Shown here one piece after another: positions 58,648 through 59,439 of a stretch of 59,439 nucleotides of DNA. This DNA comes from Ferruginibacter sp. GTDB lineage: Bacteria; Bacteroidota; Bacteroidia; Chitinophagales; Chitinophagaceae. The translations under genes and the position numbers were made by a program. Under the pieces are notes generated by a model. It made no database searches and was not told where the DNA came from. It worked only from the letters and a program-made list of their open reading frames with translations. The stretch is taken from contig JBBKWE010000220.1 of assembly GCA_037968795.1 (NCBI GenBank), forward strand, positions 1 through 59,439, written 5' to 3'. The first letter of the stretch is position 1. Every line of letters starts with the position of its first letter.

Positions 58648-59439
58648 ATGAACACAGTAATACAAGTAGAAAATATAAGCAAGCAGTACCGCCTTGGGCA
58701 GGTAGGTACGGGCTCACTCGTCCACGACCTCAATCGTGGTTGGCATAAACTGCGGGGCAAGGAAGATCCTTACCTGCGCATAGGCGAGGCCAATGATCGT
58801 ACCACCAAAAGCGACAGCAATTATGTATGGGCGCTGCAGGATATAAATTTCTCTGTGGCAGCTGGAGAAGTACTGGGCATCATAGGGAAAAATGGAGCTG
58901 GTAAAAGCACCTTACTAAAAATACTGAGTCGTACCACCGCACCCACTACAGGTTCTATAAAGATAAAAGGGCGTATAGCGAGCCTGCTCGAAGTTGGTAC
59001 AGGTTTTCACCCGGAGCTGAGCGGCAGGGATAATATTTTTCTTAATGGTGCTATCCTGGGTATGACAAAGCGGGAGATCAAAAGCAAGTTTGATGAGATC
59101 GTAGACTTTGCCGGCGTGGAGCGCTACATAGATACTCCGGTAAAACGCTACAGCAGCGGTATGTATGTGCGCCTCGCCTTTGCCGTGGCGGCTCATCTTG
59201 ATCCCGAGATCCTTATTGTAGATGAAGTATTGGCCGTAGGCGATATAGAATTTCAGAAAAAGGCATTGGGAAAAATGAAGGATGTAAGTACGAATGATGG
59301 GAGAACGGTTTTGTTTGTGAGCCATAATATGGATGCAATAAAGAATCTTTGTACTAATTGTCTTCTATTATCTAAAGGAATAGTAAAAAAAAATGGTCTA
59401 GTTCAAGATGTATTGTCAACTTATTATGAAGATCAGCTA
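58648..59439 (+). CDS. wzt: ABC transporter ATP-binding protein for polysaccharide export, runs off the window (not in ORF track)
   Basis: MNTVIQVENISKQYRLG...WALQDINF...GKNGAGKSTLLK...LLEVGTGFHPELSGRDN...YSSGMYVRLAF...DEVLAVGD...VSH. Confidence 0.94.
   Translation, partial: MNTVIQVENISKQYRLGQVGTGSLVHDLNRGWHKLRGKEDPYLRIGEANDRTTKSDSNYVWALQDINFSVAAGEVLGIIGKNGAGKSTLLKILSRTTAPTTGSIKIKGRIASLLEVGTGFHPELSGRDNIFLNGAILGMTKREIKSKFDEIVDFAGVERYIDTPVKRYSSGMYVRLAFAVAAHLDPEILIVDEVLAVGDIEFQKKALGKMKDVSTNDGRTVLFVSHNMDAIKNLCTNCLLLSKGIVKKNGLVQDVLSTYYEDQL

Noticed and set aside
58915-59325. 136-aa minus-strand ORF
   Set aside because: Antisense shadow of wzt, which the ORF track missed because it has no stop in the window.
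1-59439. CRISPR arrays, IS elements, integrases, prophage or defence systems, and the remaining short antisense ORFs
   Set aside because: No repeat-spacer periodicity or mobility/defence motifs seen; the short nested ORFs lie within well-supported genes and show no motifs.

Overview
A mostly core-genome window from an AT-rich Bacteroidota chromosome, probably Chitinophagaceae. This is inferred from TAnnTTTG promoters, T9SS cargo with an LPVTL-type linker, UpxY and a SprE/PorW-like TPR protein. Housekeeping genes include glmS, mgtE, aconitase, rpmI-rplT, arginine decarboxylase, sdhCAB, lysC, dnaA, fbaA, accD, smpB, katE, an S41 protease and PBP1A. Two tRNA genes (Ser-GCT, Pro-TGG) lie next to dnaA. 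The left edge holds a truncated ArsR gene, and the right end begins a surface-polysaccharide locus (wza, wzc, upxY, GT4, wzm, three methyltransferases, truncated wzt). I saw no CRISPR array, transposase, integrase, phage or defence genes, and no clear-cut new multi-gene system. The best leads are small: (1) a PID-CTERM-like microprotein heading the polysaccharide locus; (2) a secreted four-CHRD-domain protein built by a 732-nt two-domain duplication; (3) a structured leader in front of a stand-alone rpmI-rplT; (4) a divergent 62-64 aa gene with its own promoter, leader and terminator; (5) a duplicated tRNA-Ser 3' end fused to a perfect palindrome; (6) a hypothetical protein that looks like a cryptic STAS domain. 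All calls were made by eye, without database searches.
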